From assembly GCA_946965045.2 (NCBI GenBank), contig OX337229.1, positions 4,898,001-4,962,000 on the forward strand: a DNA stretch of 64,000 nt. The letters run 5' to 3'. A model generated the notes under the pieces. The model was not told the origin of the DNA and ran no database searches. It worked only from the letters and a program-made list of their open reading frames with translations. Origin of the DNA: Epithemia pelagica. Taxonomy: Eukaryota > Protista > Bacillariophyta. Below, in pieces: positions 10,764 through 22,189 of this stretch. Each line of letters begins with the position of its first letter. Within the stretch, counting starts at the first letter, position 1. The position numbers and the translations under genes are program-made.

Positions 10764-11385
10764 GGTGCTGGAATCGAATACTCTTGTGGATTTCAATTCG
10801 TCTTTACGGTCTGTCTTTCTCGTTTCCTTGCTTCAACAGCGCAACAAGTCTGGCTTTCAATAGACTAAGTAGACCAATGGAACTGGGACTTCCCTGAACA
10901 AAGGTTACCAAAAAGAAGAAGGCGATGAAGGATGTCCAAGTCAACAGACTCAAAACCCAAGGGAGTGTCGCAATAGAAACTCTAGGGTGGCTATGGGGAC
11001 TATTATGGACTCCATTATGGTGTACACTGATTATAAACCTTGGGGGATATCGGCCGGCGTGCAAAAGTAGCTTACTTAAACGATTTACGCGTGACGACTC
11101 ACTCAAAGCGCGTACCGGATCTTGTGGAACGAATGTCAGTCCTTCCATTTCATTGACTGCTCCTCATACGGAATGACAATGGACGGGAACGACCACTCAT
11201 TCTTGTGAAAAGACGCATTTGTGGTGCTGCTGCAATATTCATGTCAAAGAATACGGGACTTGTCCCGGTATAAGTGTCTTTCGACATCTCTTTCTTACGT
11301 CTTTGCTCTTTTGTCCTGGTGCAACTTCCTTTCTTCCTGTCGAGAGTTTGACCAATTGACAAAGCTGGAAGAAAGGAGAAACACC

Positions 11386-13285
11386 ATGATTCGATACAAC
11401 TCTGGCTCGTTCGGCTTTGCCCTCTTGTTTCGACTTCATGGTACGTTCATGTGTTTGACGGAAGACCTTGTTGTTGTTGGAATTTTACTCATGTGTACAA
11501 TGCGTCGTTTGTTTCATTATAGGTTCGGCCGTGTTTCGAAGTATTTTCCCGGCCCTTGTATCGACTGCAATCTACGCAATCTTGCTAAATACAACCGATC
11601 TAGAGGAGGACAATCACCGAATCTACGACCATCCTTATCCGGTACGTGGGGTTGATATTTCTCGTGTTCCATGTCCAACCCCGTTTTCTTACCTCTTCTC
11701 GTCGTGTTCGTTTCTTTCTTGAACTACACCTCATCCACAATCACCGCAGATGGGGGCGCTTGTCGCTGCTCTCACATTTTTGCTCGCCTTTCGAGCCAAC
11801 TTTAGCTACAATCGATATTGGGAAGCGTTTACAGCGGTCCATCAGATGCATTCGAAATGGATGGATGTCGGAATGGATATAGCGGCCTTTCATTTACAAT
11901 CCAACAAGTACGAAAAATCGCGACCCCCAGCCTTTGGCGAACATCCGGACTTGACCTGTCTGGAACGAGAACGGGACCGTTTCAATGAACCCACAATGAG
12001 TCAGTGGGAAGAGCGCATTGATGACCTCATAACGCAACAAGATGCTCCTAGACTCTCGCTGCGCCAACAATGGCGAGGCTTTCTAAACTCCAAGAATACT
12101 CGGGCGTCTCGAGCTGGTCAAGATCTCAGCGCTTCACTGCAAAGAGAGGGTGAAGGACGAGAAGCAAATCAACAGAAGCAGCAGCATCAACAACAACGGC
12201 AGCTGCAGCGACAAGCACAAAACGATTCCTCCGTCAAAAGAAAAAAGGTACTCGGACTTCGAAAGAGTCCAGGCAATCCAGCGATACCCACCAGAACAAA
12301 ATCATTGGTTCATATCAAGACAAATAACAGCCCATCCAAACGAGCGTGGCAAGACAATCAACCCCCATTATTGCTTCAAGAAGGAGCACATTTGCTCTCT
12401 TTGCTTTCTGCCGTTGCCATGTCTACTCTACGAAATGACTTGGAAGAGGCTGATTCCCCGCTTATTTCCTTTACTCCAGGTGCCCCCTGGCCTCACGTCG
12501 ACCCGGATTCCTACGAGGCAGACGTTCGCAAAGATTGGGCCAACACAACTCACAAAAGCTGGACGGTCCTCTCCTACTTGTTTGGGACCACGAGAACACC
12601 GGCTGCGAGGACATTGTACAATGCCGCACGACCGTTTCGGGTCATTGGAGGTGTATCCGATGCCGAGATTGAAGTTTTGCAAGCGGCTCGAGGGCCCTAT
12701 GCCAAAGTTGCCCTTTGTACCATGTGGCTGGAAGAATTTTGTAGCCGTGAACATTTGAATGGTGGAATGGGGGCCTTGGGTGCTCCCATTATCAGTCGTT
12801 TGTACCAATTCACCAGCGATGGAATGCTGGGATACAATCAGGCGCGAAAAATTGCCTACATCCCATTCCCCTTTCCACATGCTCAAATTACAAGTTTGTT
12901 TGTTTTGGTTGTCGTCGGTTTGATGCCGGTTCTGATGCTCTCCTATTTGAACGAACCAAAATACGGCTATGTGGGCAATTTGTTGACGGTCATGTGTTTT
13001 ACAGGCTTGCATGAAGTTGCTCGTGAGCTGGAAAATCCATTCCAAAATGTACCCAACGACATTCCTCTCAACAACTTTCAAGCGCAATTCAATGAAGGTC
13101 TCATGCAAATGTTTTCTGGTTTCCATCCCGACGCCTACTGGGAAATCTATCAACAGATTGACGAAGACAACGAAGTCGCCAGTGACCAAGCGTCCTATCC
13201 ACCCACCAAGGAACGGGTCGATAGTCTCATGATAAACAAAACAGCTTCTAGCACTCCGTCCAGAGAAGAAAAAACTGAAGAATAA
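11386..13285 (+). CDS. Bestrophin-like (UPF0187) anion channel, copy 3, 3 exons
   Basis: Exons 11386-11440, 11523-11641, 11750-13285, with the same intron positions as copy 1. Motifs RYWE, IPFPFPH, ELENPF. Confidence 0.88.
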
Positions 13286-13611
13286 GAAGACGATCAGGAC
13301 ATAGGAACAAGTCTGATTAGTGAATTCAGAGATGACGACCTGTCCCACCACAAGGAATGTAAAATCGACGCTTAGAAAATAAAGAACCTTGCTCCTTGGA
13401 GCCATGGCGTCCCATTGTAACCTAATATTGTATTTAGATAGCAGTTATTGAAGCTCTTTTCCTCTCGACATGGAAAGCATAACATCATGCAATCCACATG
13501 TCAAATCCGATAGACCTCCATACCTAGTAGGTAGTTGTGCTGTAGAACAACAAATCAAAGAGGTCATGTATGAAGCATGTGAAGCTGTCTAGAATATTCA
13601 CTCTAATTTTG

Positions 13612-16098
13612 CTACGACTTGGTGTTGCTATCTGCTGTGCTTCTTGTCCGAGCCGCATCGTCTGTGGCCACGGTGTTGCTGCTGGTTTGGTTCCGTACGG
13701 TCTGTTCCAGTAAGGAGGGGTCGACGACCTTGACTCGTTCGTACAAATCTTTTTCATCTTGAGACAATTGTTTCTTTTTCTCGGACGATAGTTTGGCATG
13801 ACGTTCGGCCAACAACTCCTCGGTGGTGTGCACCATTCTTCGATATTCTTCCAACAAGAGCGGTAAATCTGTCACCTTGATATCTTCTGGTTGACGTGAC
13901 AAAAAGGTATAGGACCTTCGACTTGCCGTCGCAGCAGCAGCAGATTTGCTGGTAGGATTGGCGAGTTCGGTTGCATCCTCGTCCGGTTCTTCAGATTCTG
14001 GTGGCTTGGCCGACGTTGTGGAACCGGCGGTTTCGTCCATACCTTGTTGTTGTTGTTGTTGCTGCTGCAGTTGTGCTTCCTCTTGTTCCGTGAGAGCTTG
14101 TTCCTGCATGTCCCACACCATATCGGCCGGTTTGGATTGTTTGTAGTGTCGCAAGGCCCATTCTACGTTAATGGTTTCTCCCGCGGCTCGGGCCGACCGA
14201 ACATCCTGTGCGGTAATGACGGGGTCGGTGGAAAGGCGAGACAAGGACTCCAGTACTGAAAGGGCCGGTACGATTCCCAAGGACGTTGTGCCGTCCTTGG
14301 AATCGTCTGCTGCCGTTTGTTGTTTCGTTGCCAATCGTTCTTGGGCTGCCGCACGACACGTGGCCAACCCTTGTTGGAATTCCTCGGCGGAAATGGACAA
14401 ATTTTCGGGTGCCTTGGCATCCTTTGCTTCTTCTTCTTTGGTAGATACTTGGAGATTGAGATCGGACAAGAATTGAATGGCACCGTACAGATTGGTGTAG
14501 GCATATCCGGCTTCTCCTCTCAATTGTTCGGGCGGACAAAAGTCATCAATCAATTGCAAGTGGTATTGCAGTCGATCGGGTCGAGCCTGCAAGACGGTCA
14601 ATATAATGGTGGGTAAAATATCGTCGGCGCTGGGCAACTTCTTTTTCCGCTTGCGTTCGTCATTCGTTTCGTCCAAATCCGGATTTAATGTTTTGGTAAG
14701 CGCGGCATTAATGTTGCGATACATGGCCAAGATGCGTTGCAACTTTTCGTAGGGTGCATGATAGGATGGTAGAGACAATAAGGCCTGTACCGGTTCTTGT
14801 AAAATGGTTTGGACCCGTGGGGGATCGTAGTCTTGCAAACAGGCCACTTCCAAATGACGGGCCGTGACAAATTGCAAGGCATGCGTTCGATCCTTCCATT
14901 CTTCTTCGCGACGTTCCAGGTCGTCCGTCCAGAGAACAGAATCCATGACAGATCGGCAGTGACCATACAAAAAGGATTCAAACGCACGTCGGGTCATCAT
15001 CCTGGAATCGTTACTATTATTCGAGGAAGATATATCATCCTTCCATAGTGCATGGGAGCAAACGGCATCCATGGTCGACGCTGCATACGATTGAACCATG
15101 CGGACCAGTGTTTCCTTGGCTGCTTGTTGTTGTTCTAATGATTTGGGTGAAGATTGCTGCATTTCTTGAACTAAATTCCGACAAAAGGTTCTCATCCATT
15201 GAACCAGAACAGCAGCCGAAGGATGGGACAATTTTTGAACAAAGGAATGGTAGGCCGCCAAGAGGGACTGATGGTCTTGATCGTGTTGTTGCATGGCATT
15301 GTTGTCGTCCAGTACCATTTTCCTGGCTTGTTCCGGTGTTGGAATGGCATTGGGTGCATGGACTTGTGCCGCCAGGGCATCAATGGACTGCCGGACCGCC
15401 AACACATTGGTAGGATTGACAGTGGTGGATGAGGAGGAGGATAGTCCGTACAAATGTTCCAGCACTGAAAGAGCCTGAGGCATTTGTCGTCCGGCATGCG
15501 TTTCGCGCAAGGGGGCCAAGGGATCTTGTTCCATCATGGCAGTAGTAGTGGGTTGCGTGTCGTAGGGAAAGGGAACTTGTCGAATCCATTCCAATCGTGA
15601 CGCACGGGCTTGTTCCAACAATTGATCTTTGCGTGCCGGTGTCACTGATTTGGCTTTGGAAGCCAAGGCGACTTCGGAGGCCGACAAGATGCGACCTTCC
15701 AGGGGTTGTGGTTTCGGAGGAAACCGAGACGGTGGTGGACGATTGGGCGACGAGGCCGTCGTAGTAGTGTCGGTGGTGCTGGTAGGGGCAGGGTCCAGTG
15801 CGGAAGCATTTGTCACACCCGAGGAGGTCGATGCCAACAGAGGTGGTTTCGTGGTCCCAACGGTCATTGCCGCCTCACCACCCATGGAGGACGTGTTGGA
15901 GACTGTACTGGCTTGTGGTTTCAATTCGGATCCATTGGAGGAATCCCCATTGACGACATAGACAGCCCCTCCACTGCTGCTACCACGTGGACTGGTGGCT
16001 CCCGAAGAATGGGGATTATTATTCTTGGAGTAGTCAGCATCCGTTGAGGACGACGATCGCTGCGGAGATGCGGCAGCATTGCTGTTGCTTCCACTCAT
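13612..16098 (-). CDS. VPS9-domain Rab5 guanine-nucleotide exchange factor
   Basis: PYEKLQRIL, SADDILPTIILTVLQARP, GEAGYAYTNLYGAIQFL. Low-complexity S/T/Q flanks. Confidence 0.88.
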   Translation of the reverse strand: MSGSNSNAAASPQRSSSSTDADYSKNNNPHSSGATSPRGSSSGGAVYVVNGDSSNGSELKPQASTVSNTSSMGGEAAMTVGTTKPPLLASTSSGVTNASALDPAPTSTTDTTTTASSPNRPPPSRFPPKPQPLEGRILSASEVALASKAKSVTPARKDQLLEQARASRLEWIRQVPFPYDTQPTTTAMMEQDPLAPLRETHAGRQMPQALSVLEHLYGLSSSSSTTVNPTNVLAVRQSIDALAAQVHAPNAIPTPEQARKMVLDDNNAMQQHDQDHQSLLAAYHSFVQKLSHPSAAVLVQWMRTFCRNLVQEMQQSSPKSLEQQQAAKETLVRMVQSYAASTMDAVCSHALWKDDISSSNNSNDSRMMTRRAFESFLYGHCRSVMDSVLWTDDLERREEEWKDRTHALQFVTARHLEVACLQDYDPPRVQTILQEPVQALLSLPSYHAPYEKLQRILAMYRNINAALTKTLNPDLDETNDERKRKKKLPSADDILPTIILTVLQARPDRLQYHLQLIDDFCPPEQLRGEAGYAYTNLYGAIQFLSDLNLQVSTKEEEAKDAKAPENLSISAEEFQQGLATCRAAAQERLATKQQTAADDSKDGTTSLGIVPALSVLESLSRLSTDPVITAQDVRSARAAGETINVEWALRHYKQSKPADMVWDMQEQALTEQEEAQLQQQQQQQQGMDETAGSTTSAKPPESEEPDEDATELANPTSKSAAAATASRRSYTFLSRQPEDIKVTDLPLLLEEYRRMVHTTEELLAERHAKLSSEKKKQLSQDEKDLYERVKVVDPSLLEQTVRNQTSSNTVATDDAARTRSTADSNTKS

Positions 16099-16419
16099 TT
16101 TTCACACACTAAATGGCACTTTTTTCGGTTCCAGCAGACGCCAAAGGATTGCAACCTGTCCACGGCCGTTCGGAAAGGGTTTCAAATGCCAAGAAAGAAC
16201 ACAACGGCAACAACTCCTCCAAGAACATGGAGAAGGAGAAGGGGATTGAACATTGCATAGACCCAACAAAAGCTCCATCCCCGCTCCCCGCACGACAAAA
16301 ACCAATCCGCGCGAGTCTGCCCTGAGCGACCGCTCCACGATCCAAACGCGGTTGAAGGATCTTTGGAAGAGCAAATCTCGCATCCCAGGAAGATCAAGAA
16401 TCAGGACGACACAACGACC

Positions 16420-17928
16420 ATGGTGTCCACCATGCTTGTATGGTTGACCGACCATTCCTTTTGGTTTGGGTTGGGTATCCGTCTTGGTTTGGCATGGTTG
16501 TTGCCTTTATTGTTGGACGAAGGAACCTTGCTTCCCGGCGTCGCCTATACCGACATTGATTATCACGTATTCATGGATGGAGCGGCCTACATTCAACAGG
16601 GACAATCACCCTATCAACGCACCACGTATCGATATACACCCTTTTTGGCACAGGGACTGGCATGGTTGTCGGAGATATCGTCGCGAGAAGCACCCCGTCA
16701 TTTATTTTGTGTGGCCGATGCCCTCTGTGGACTCATGATTGCCCAGTATCGGAAACAACAACGACAAAGGCAACAACAAGAACAAGAACAAGAGTCCACA
16801 AACAGCAGCAACAAGAGGAAACCACCAATTCTTTCGGAATCCTTGCAGGATGCCTTATGGTGGATGTACAATCCCTTGGCGATTAATATTTGTACACGAG
16901 GGTCGGCCGAATCCTTAATGGTGCTGTTTCCAGTTCTTGTGACCATTTGGTTGATCCAGTGGCGGCACGACACTATCCGTAGCAGCAGCAACAGCAACAA
17001 CAACAACAAGTACATGCAGCAACTCTCATGCTTTGGACTGGCTCTCGTGGCCGGCGTGTGGCATGGAATTGCCGTTCATGCCAAACTCTATCCCATTATT
17101 TACAGTCTTTCCTATGTGATTTCGCTGGCGCAAACCACCAAGACGGCAAATCCGATTTCTCCGCCATCACCACAACAACAAGAACAGTCCATGATGACCC
17201 GGCGCTTGTCCCGATTTGTCCATCAATGGGTCAAGCCCTTGTTGGGTGTAGCACCCCTGACATTTGCCGTCGCTTCGGCCTCGACCTTTGTGGGAGTGAC
17301 AGCCTTGGGTGTGCATTGGTATGGGTGGCAAAGTTTGGACGATGGTTTGTTGTACCATTTTTCACGAGTCGATCATCGACACAACTATTCCATGCATTGG
17401 TATTGGATCTATCTGGCTCGAGCCGAAGCAAGAGGACTGACAACTGTGGAGTCGTCGACGGTTTGGATCCAATCGTTTCTTCCCTGGGTGGGACGTCTCT
17501 TGTTTGTTCCTCAAGTCATTTTGCTTCTCTACAGTAGTTTTGCATTGGCACCCATGGATTTGACAGTGGCGCTCTTTGTTCAAGCCTTTTTGTTTGTGGC
17601 TCACAACAAGGTGATTACAGGGCAATATTTTACGTGGTATCTCTGTCTCTTGCCATTGTGTTCCCATTGGTTTGTGTGGACACGAGGTGTCGTGAGAGGC
17701 GTCCTCCTGTTACTCGTGTCGATGGTGTGCTGGTTGGGTTCGGCCTACCTGTTGGAAATGCAAGGATGGGCCGTTCATCGCATGGTATGGAGTGCCTCGG
17801 TGGGATTCTTTGTCGCACAAATCCACTTGATTGTCCAACTTTTGCAGTCGGTCCAACTGCAACGACAAAGAAGAAGAAGAACGAATCGTAATAGCACGCC
17901 CCAGACGGCTATCAAGAAACGAGTATAA
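16420..17928 (+). CDS. PIGM: GPI mannosyltransferase 1 (PIG-M/GPI14)
   Basis: YTDIDY.VF.DGA, PYQRTTYRYTP, RGSAES, HAKLYPIIY, YHFSRVDHRHNYS, NKVITGQYF.WY. First ATG at 16420. Confidence 0.93.
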   Translation: MVSTMLVWLTDHSFWFGLGIRLGLAWLLPLLLDEGTLLPGVAYTDIDYHVFMDGAAYIQQGQSPYQRTTYRYTPFLAQGLAWLSEISSREAPRHLFCVADALCGLMIAQYRKQQRQRQQQEQEQESTNSSNKRKPPILSESLQDALWWMYNPLAINICTRGSAESLMVLFPVLVTIWLIQWRHDTIRSSSNSNNNNKYMQQLSCFGLALVAGVWHGIAVHAKLYPIIYSLSYVISLAQTTKTANPISPPSPQQQEQSMMTRRLSRFVHQWVKPLLGVAPLTFAVASASTFVGVTALGVHWYGWQSLDDGLLYHFSRVDHRHNYSMHWYWIYLARAEARGLTTVESSTVWIQSFLPWVGRLLFVPQVILLLYSSFALAPMDLTVALFVQAFLFVAHNKVITGQYFTWYLCLLPLCSHWFVWTRGVVRGVLLLLVSMVCWLGSAYLLEMQGWAVHRMVWSASVGFFVAQIHLIVQLLQSVQLQRQRRRRTNRNSTPQTAIKKRV

Positions 17929-18192
17929 GCCATGGAGAGACGCACTCCTGTTCACAGTCTTGCTATTGGTTTCCTACAAGAAGAAGAACAAAAGACCCGA
18001 CAGTGATTTCTAGCTTTTTTGTCTCCCCTTATGTGTCTCCCCGCAAATGTTTATATCTTTCATGAACGACAGTCTTTTTGTGTACAGCCCCAGACCTGTC
18101 GTGTTTGTGGTTTGTAGGTCTCACCAAGAGCATGACATGATTCGTTTAGTACAACCAAAATGTTCCATTCTCTCAGTCTTTTCCCCCATGAG

Positions 18193-19464
18193 CTACGACG
18201 AGAGCCCAATGGATCGGGGAACGTCCGTCATGGCTCGTGGACGATTGTCTTTGTTTCGCTGGCGACTCGCAGAACTTATGGTACTCTGTGGAGACAAATG
18301 TGCCGACGCCAAGGAAACTCGAGTGGGAGAGTTTGTCGTCGAATTGGTTCCCGCAGAAGAAGAATCGTCCATGGATCGTCGACCCGGTGAATCATAATCA
18401 TCATGACGTGACGCGAACGACACACGTCCGGGAGAATGTTTGGTGGACGACGATGCGTGAGACGAGAGGGATGGACGGTTCGCTTGCGGAGAATGTACTT
18501 GTCGAGAATTCGTACGCAACACCGACTGCGACGGTGAATAGGAGGGAGACGATGGAAAAAACTGGGACGACCAGGAGGAGGGTGTCCTGGGCGCGGCTGT
18601 ATTTCGGGGAATGGCAGTGGGAGGGGGAACCATTCCAGTCGGGGGAGGAGTCACCCACGGACGACACGGCTCGGGCGATGTATAGGGAGAGACAGCCGCC
18701 ACGGCGGGAGGGGAAAACGGCCCCGAGTAAAAGGCTCTGCCATGATGCGTACGGCCGCGTCGATGACTGTTGTCATCATCTTCGTCGTCCTCGGACGATT
18801 CCGATGCGGACGTGAAGGAATCGTTGTCATCCTCCTTGGCAACCTTGCCACCCAGTGGTGGTGGACCATGCCAGGGTGCAAAATTACCTCGTTCCAGTTG
18901 TTCTTGCAGCATCGACAACAATTTCCTGCGTGTGGTATTTCGGTACAATACTTTGTCGCTCATTTCCAACATTTCTTTCGAAAACGTTTTTCGTTGCTTA
19001 CACAACTTGGTACGACTTTGTTCCGTCTGTCGCATACAGGCTAGTAATCCTCGCATAATTTCCTCTGGATTCTTGTCCTTGTGGTGGTTCATGCGACGAG
19101 GCTGTGAACATGTCATTTTGTCCCTCAAAAAGCAAACACTTGCCACAGAGGACCACGATGGTGGTGGCGGTGGGCTCATTCCATCATTGGCTCTTCTTGC
19201 CATGGTGGAGGAAGAAGGGGTTGTGGTACATCGAGGGAGAATGGGAGGTGATGGAGGAGTGGGAGAAGGAGTCGATGGTCGAAGATATTTGCGTTTGCGC
19301 AGAAAGCGACGAGGTGGTACAAACGCTGCATACAGGTCCATATTGTGCGTCGAGGAGGCCGAGGTTTCTACCTCAAAGCCACTCTTGGTGGTGGTTGTTG
19401 GCTCTCGCACTCGCTTGCGACGAAGCAACAAGTCATTCGCAACCATGGTTCCTCCCACAACCAT
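18193..19464 (-). CDS. Hypothetical Ser/Pro-rich, largely disordered protein with a central coiled coil
   Basis: Long uninterrupted ORF with no recognised domain. First ATG at 19464. Confidence 0.55.
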   Translation of the reverse strand: MVVGGTMVANDLLLRRKRVREPTTTTKSGFEVETSASSTHNMDLYAAFVPPRRFLRKRKYLRPSTPSPTPPSPPILPRCTTTPSSSTMARRANDGMSPPPPPSWSSVASVCFLRDKMTCSQPRRMNHHKDKNPEEIMRGLLACMRQTEQSRTKLCKQRKTFSKEMLEMSDKVLYRNTTRRKLLSMLQEQLERGNFAPWHGPPPLGGKVAKEDDNDSFTSASESSEDDEDDDNSHRRGRTHHGRAFYSGPFSPPAVAAVSPYTSPEPCRPWVTPPPTGMVPPPTAIPRNTAAPRTPSSWSSQFFPSSPSYSPSQSVLRTNSRQVHSPQANRPSLSSHASSSTKHSPGRVSFASRHDDYDSPGRRSMDDSSSAGTNSTTNSPTRVSLASAHLSPQSTISSASRQRNKDNRPRAMTDVPRSIGLSS

Positions 19465-20253
19465 GGTCCAATTTCCAAAATCTTTGATCAATCAATTTGT
19501 GTAAGTCCCGAGGACAAAACAGAACACAATTGTGGGACCAATCATGTCTGTGACACTCGGTGTGCTCTCAAGACGTGGGGGATATATCCAATAGCATTCT
19601 GGATTGCACCTTTTGCACTGGCAATAGCATATCCCCACATTTCTCGCTCCATTGCCGCATAGCAAAATCATGGTTTTGTGAGAACGAATGGTTTCCCGTA
19701 TTGTGATTTTGAGAGGATAAATTTTTGGGCCGGCCCGTGTGTTTTTTGGTCCGTATCAGGACAAACTTGTCCACAAGTCGTGAAGAGCGAAAGTTTGGTG
19801 GCTCTTGTTAGACTTGGAAGCCTGGCGTGGTCGTATATATCATCGGACAATCCATTGGATTGTGCTTAACACTTTTGTAAGCATTGCCGTAACCCCTGAA
19901 AGCCAGCGGACGCTCTTTCTCCAAATCGCACGATTGCTACCCCTTTCCAACACGTGCAATGTGCGATCCTCAGCTGGAGACAGACGACCGTTGCTCGCAA
20001 GATAAATTGCCAGTCTTGTGAAGATTGTCCATCCATAAGGGACAAGCAAGAGCCGTCAAACGAGACAACCCCACCGCGGCCGCCATGGTCTCAAACTATT
20101 TGGTTGGAGGATGATGAAAAGCGTTCCAAAAGCTACACAAAAGCGACCCCAGTTTTGAGCACATCTTTTCACCACATCATAAACTGAAGGCCGAAGTCTG
20201 AAGCCATCAATCAATCATAGTAACTTACGGAGATAACCAGAGTGTCGACGACC

Positions 20254-20910
20254 ATGTGGGGTTCTTCAACGACTGCCGTTTTTGTTTCCATTACCTTATT
20301 GCTGTCGATAATTGGAGTAGCTTCGTTCGGCACCACCCCACTGAGGATCCGATCTATGGGTCCAACAACGACAGTACCACGAATGGCAGCACCAACCGAA
20401 GGCGAACCGGAGGATGGATCCAACAACTATGACTTGCAACGAATCACAATTGGCGATCGTGAATTTTGGGCGCAACAAAAGGGTCTCATCACCGAAATGA
20501 CCGATGCGGCCGACGAACGATCCAAAGCAGCCATGAGAGAAAAGTTTTCCGAACGACGGTTGGCCCTCGTGGGCGACACGGCCTACATTGGCATGTTTTT
20601 GTTTTGCCTCTTGTGGCTGATAAACGAAAACCCCTTTGTCCCCCTTTCCTATTCCATTGGTGCTCTCATGGGAGTGGCCTATGCCTATGGATTGGGCAAG
20701 TATGTGGAAACTGTGGGTGGTAGTATTGACGACACGGCCAGTACGCGGGGAGCCGGTGTGGGGGAAGCCAGATTTGCCTTTTTGATACTCCTATTTATCA
20801 TTGTGGGACGGTTCCGAGATACAGGGATACAAGAAGTACCGGCCATTTCGGGATTTTTCACGTATCAGCTTGCATCGTTGAGACAAGGACTAAAAGAAAT
20901 CAATGATTGA
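20254..20910 (+). CDS. Plastid CGL160/Atp1-like ATP synthase assembly membrane protein
   Basis: Signal peptide plus VAS-F (ASAF-like) cleavage. Four C-terminal TM segments ending ARFAFLILL...GFFTYQLA. Confidence 0.6.
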   Translation: MWGSSTTAVFVSITLLLSIIGVASFGTTPLRIRSMGPTTTVPRMAAPTEGEPEDGSNNYDLQRITIGDREFWAQQKGLITEMTDAADERSKAAMREKFSERRLALVGDTAYIGMFLFCLLWLINENPFVPLSYSIGALMGVAYAYGLGKYVETVGGSIDDTASTRGAGVGEARFAFLILLFIIVGRFRDTGIQEVPAISGFFTYQLASLRQGLKEIND

Positions 20911-21014
20911 GGCAACGTTTTGGTTTCGCTACTAGTCCATAGAAGATACAGGCGAGTGCACACTCATTGGCACCAGCATTTTCTCAAAGAAGGACTCAAG
21001 CCATGTGTTAACTA

Positions 21015-22189
21015 TTAGTTATGAGACCAGTGTTTTGTTTTGTAGCATTCGGGATATCCTGGAGGCCCCACCGGAACTGTTCCATTTCCAGTACGTCCAA
21101 AATACCCTTGTTTGCAGTGTTGCAAATACTCCGCATTTGCAACCGGTTCCATTCCCGGAAGCGCCATCATGTCTTGCATCCAGCGCCAAATGTTGCGATA
21201 TTCCCACAAGTGCTTGTGGTTCAACTTGAATCTAGAGTAGTAGACCGGGTCAAAACGGAAAATGGGCGGAAACAAACGAAGATCTGCTTCCGTGACTGTG
21301 TCTCCCACCAAAAACTTGTTCTCACTCAACGTCGAGTCTAGTTTGTCCATTGCCTGAAAAAAGGTTTTGTAGGCAGTTTCGTAGACGTCTTGATTGCTGG
21401 AAAAGCCTGCCTTGTACGATCCATTGGCAATCTCCTTGTAGATCCAGTCATTAATTTCGTCGATTGCTTCGCGGCTTTTGGGGGGATACAGATCCACTGA
21501 ACTAGCAGATGTCGATACTTTTTGAAAAACGGTCCCAAACATGCGCAAAATCTCGGCACTTTCATTGTTGACCACAGTCTTGCTCTGTTTATCGAACAAT
21601 ATGGGAACGGATTTTTGATCCAAAATACCAGACGCTTCATAGATTTCAATGGCGTACTTCTTCCCCAGCACGGTGTCTGTTGTGCAACTGGGAAAGCTCA
21701 CATGCTTTCCATTCTGTGTGGTTTGACCATTGGGTTCAAACTTCCAAAGATTTGCACCGCGTGGTTCCTCATCCGTACTTCGATTCGGGAACAAGACATT
21801 GACGGATATCGCATCTTCCAGCCCTTGAATGGCCCTACCCAACAATACACGATGACACCAAGGACAGTTATATGCGACATACAAATGGTATCGTCCCGCC
21901 TCGACCGGATACAACGCGTTGGGGGAATCTTCGACCCAATGTCGTGCCGTGGAAACTCCACGAACAAATTCACCGCCCGTCGTTCTGCAGCATTTGTTTG
22001 ATCGTCGGTGGTCACTCCTGCCGATCCGAAAACCAATGCTTGGTTGTCACCCGACGCACTCATGGTCATGGATCGTTTTGGGGTTTTGCGGAAGTACGTG
22101 TTACGTGTGGATCGAGTTGAGATTTGTGAGACGACACGCCGTGTTGGCACGAGGGAGTTCTTGGATGCTCTTCGTTGCTCCTTGACCAT
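21015..22189 (-). CDS. Glutathionyl-hydroquinone reductase / omega-like GST (YqjG/ECM4 family)
   Basis: GEFVR, GRYHLYVAYNCPWCHR, SVPILFDK, VNNESAEILRM, NG.YKAGF, TEADLRLFP..FRFDPVY. The 5' exon and one intron (GTAC..CTGCAG) are inferred, so the start is uncertain. Confidence 0.85.

Noticed and set aside
12428-13405. 325-aa minus-strand ORF
   Set aside because: Antisense shadow of bestrophin copy 3.
19470-20240. Long intergenic stretch with short ORFs (a YGKP motif suggesting a PPTase, a TM-like peptide, a GTAAGT at 19501)
   Set aside because: No splice model gives a continuous or recognisable protein; left unannotated.
21940-22100. Apparent frameshift at the 5' end of the GST gene
   Set aside because: A phase-compatible 113-nt GTAC...CTGCAG intron explains it.
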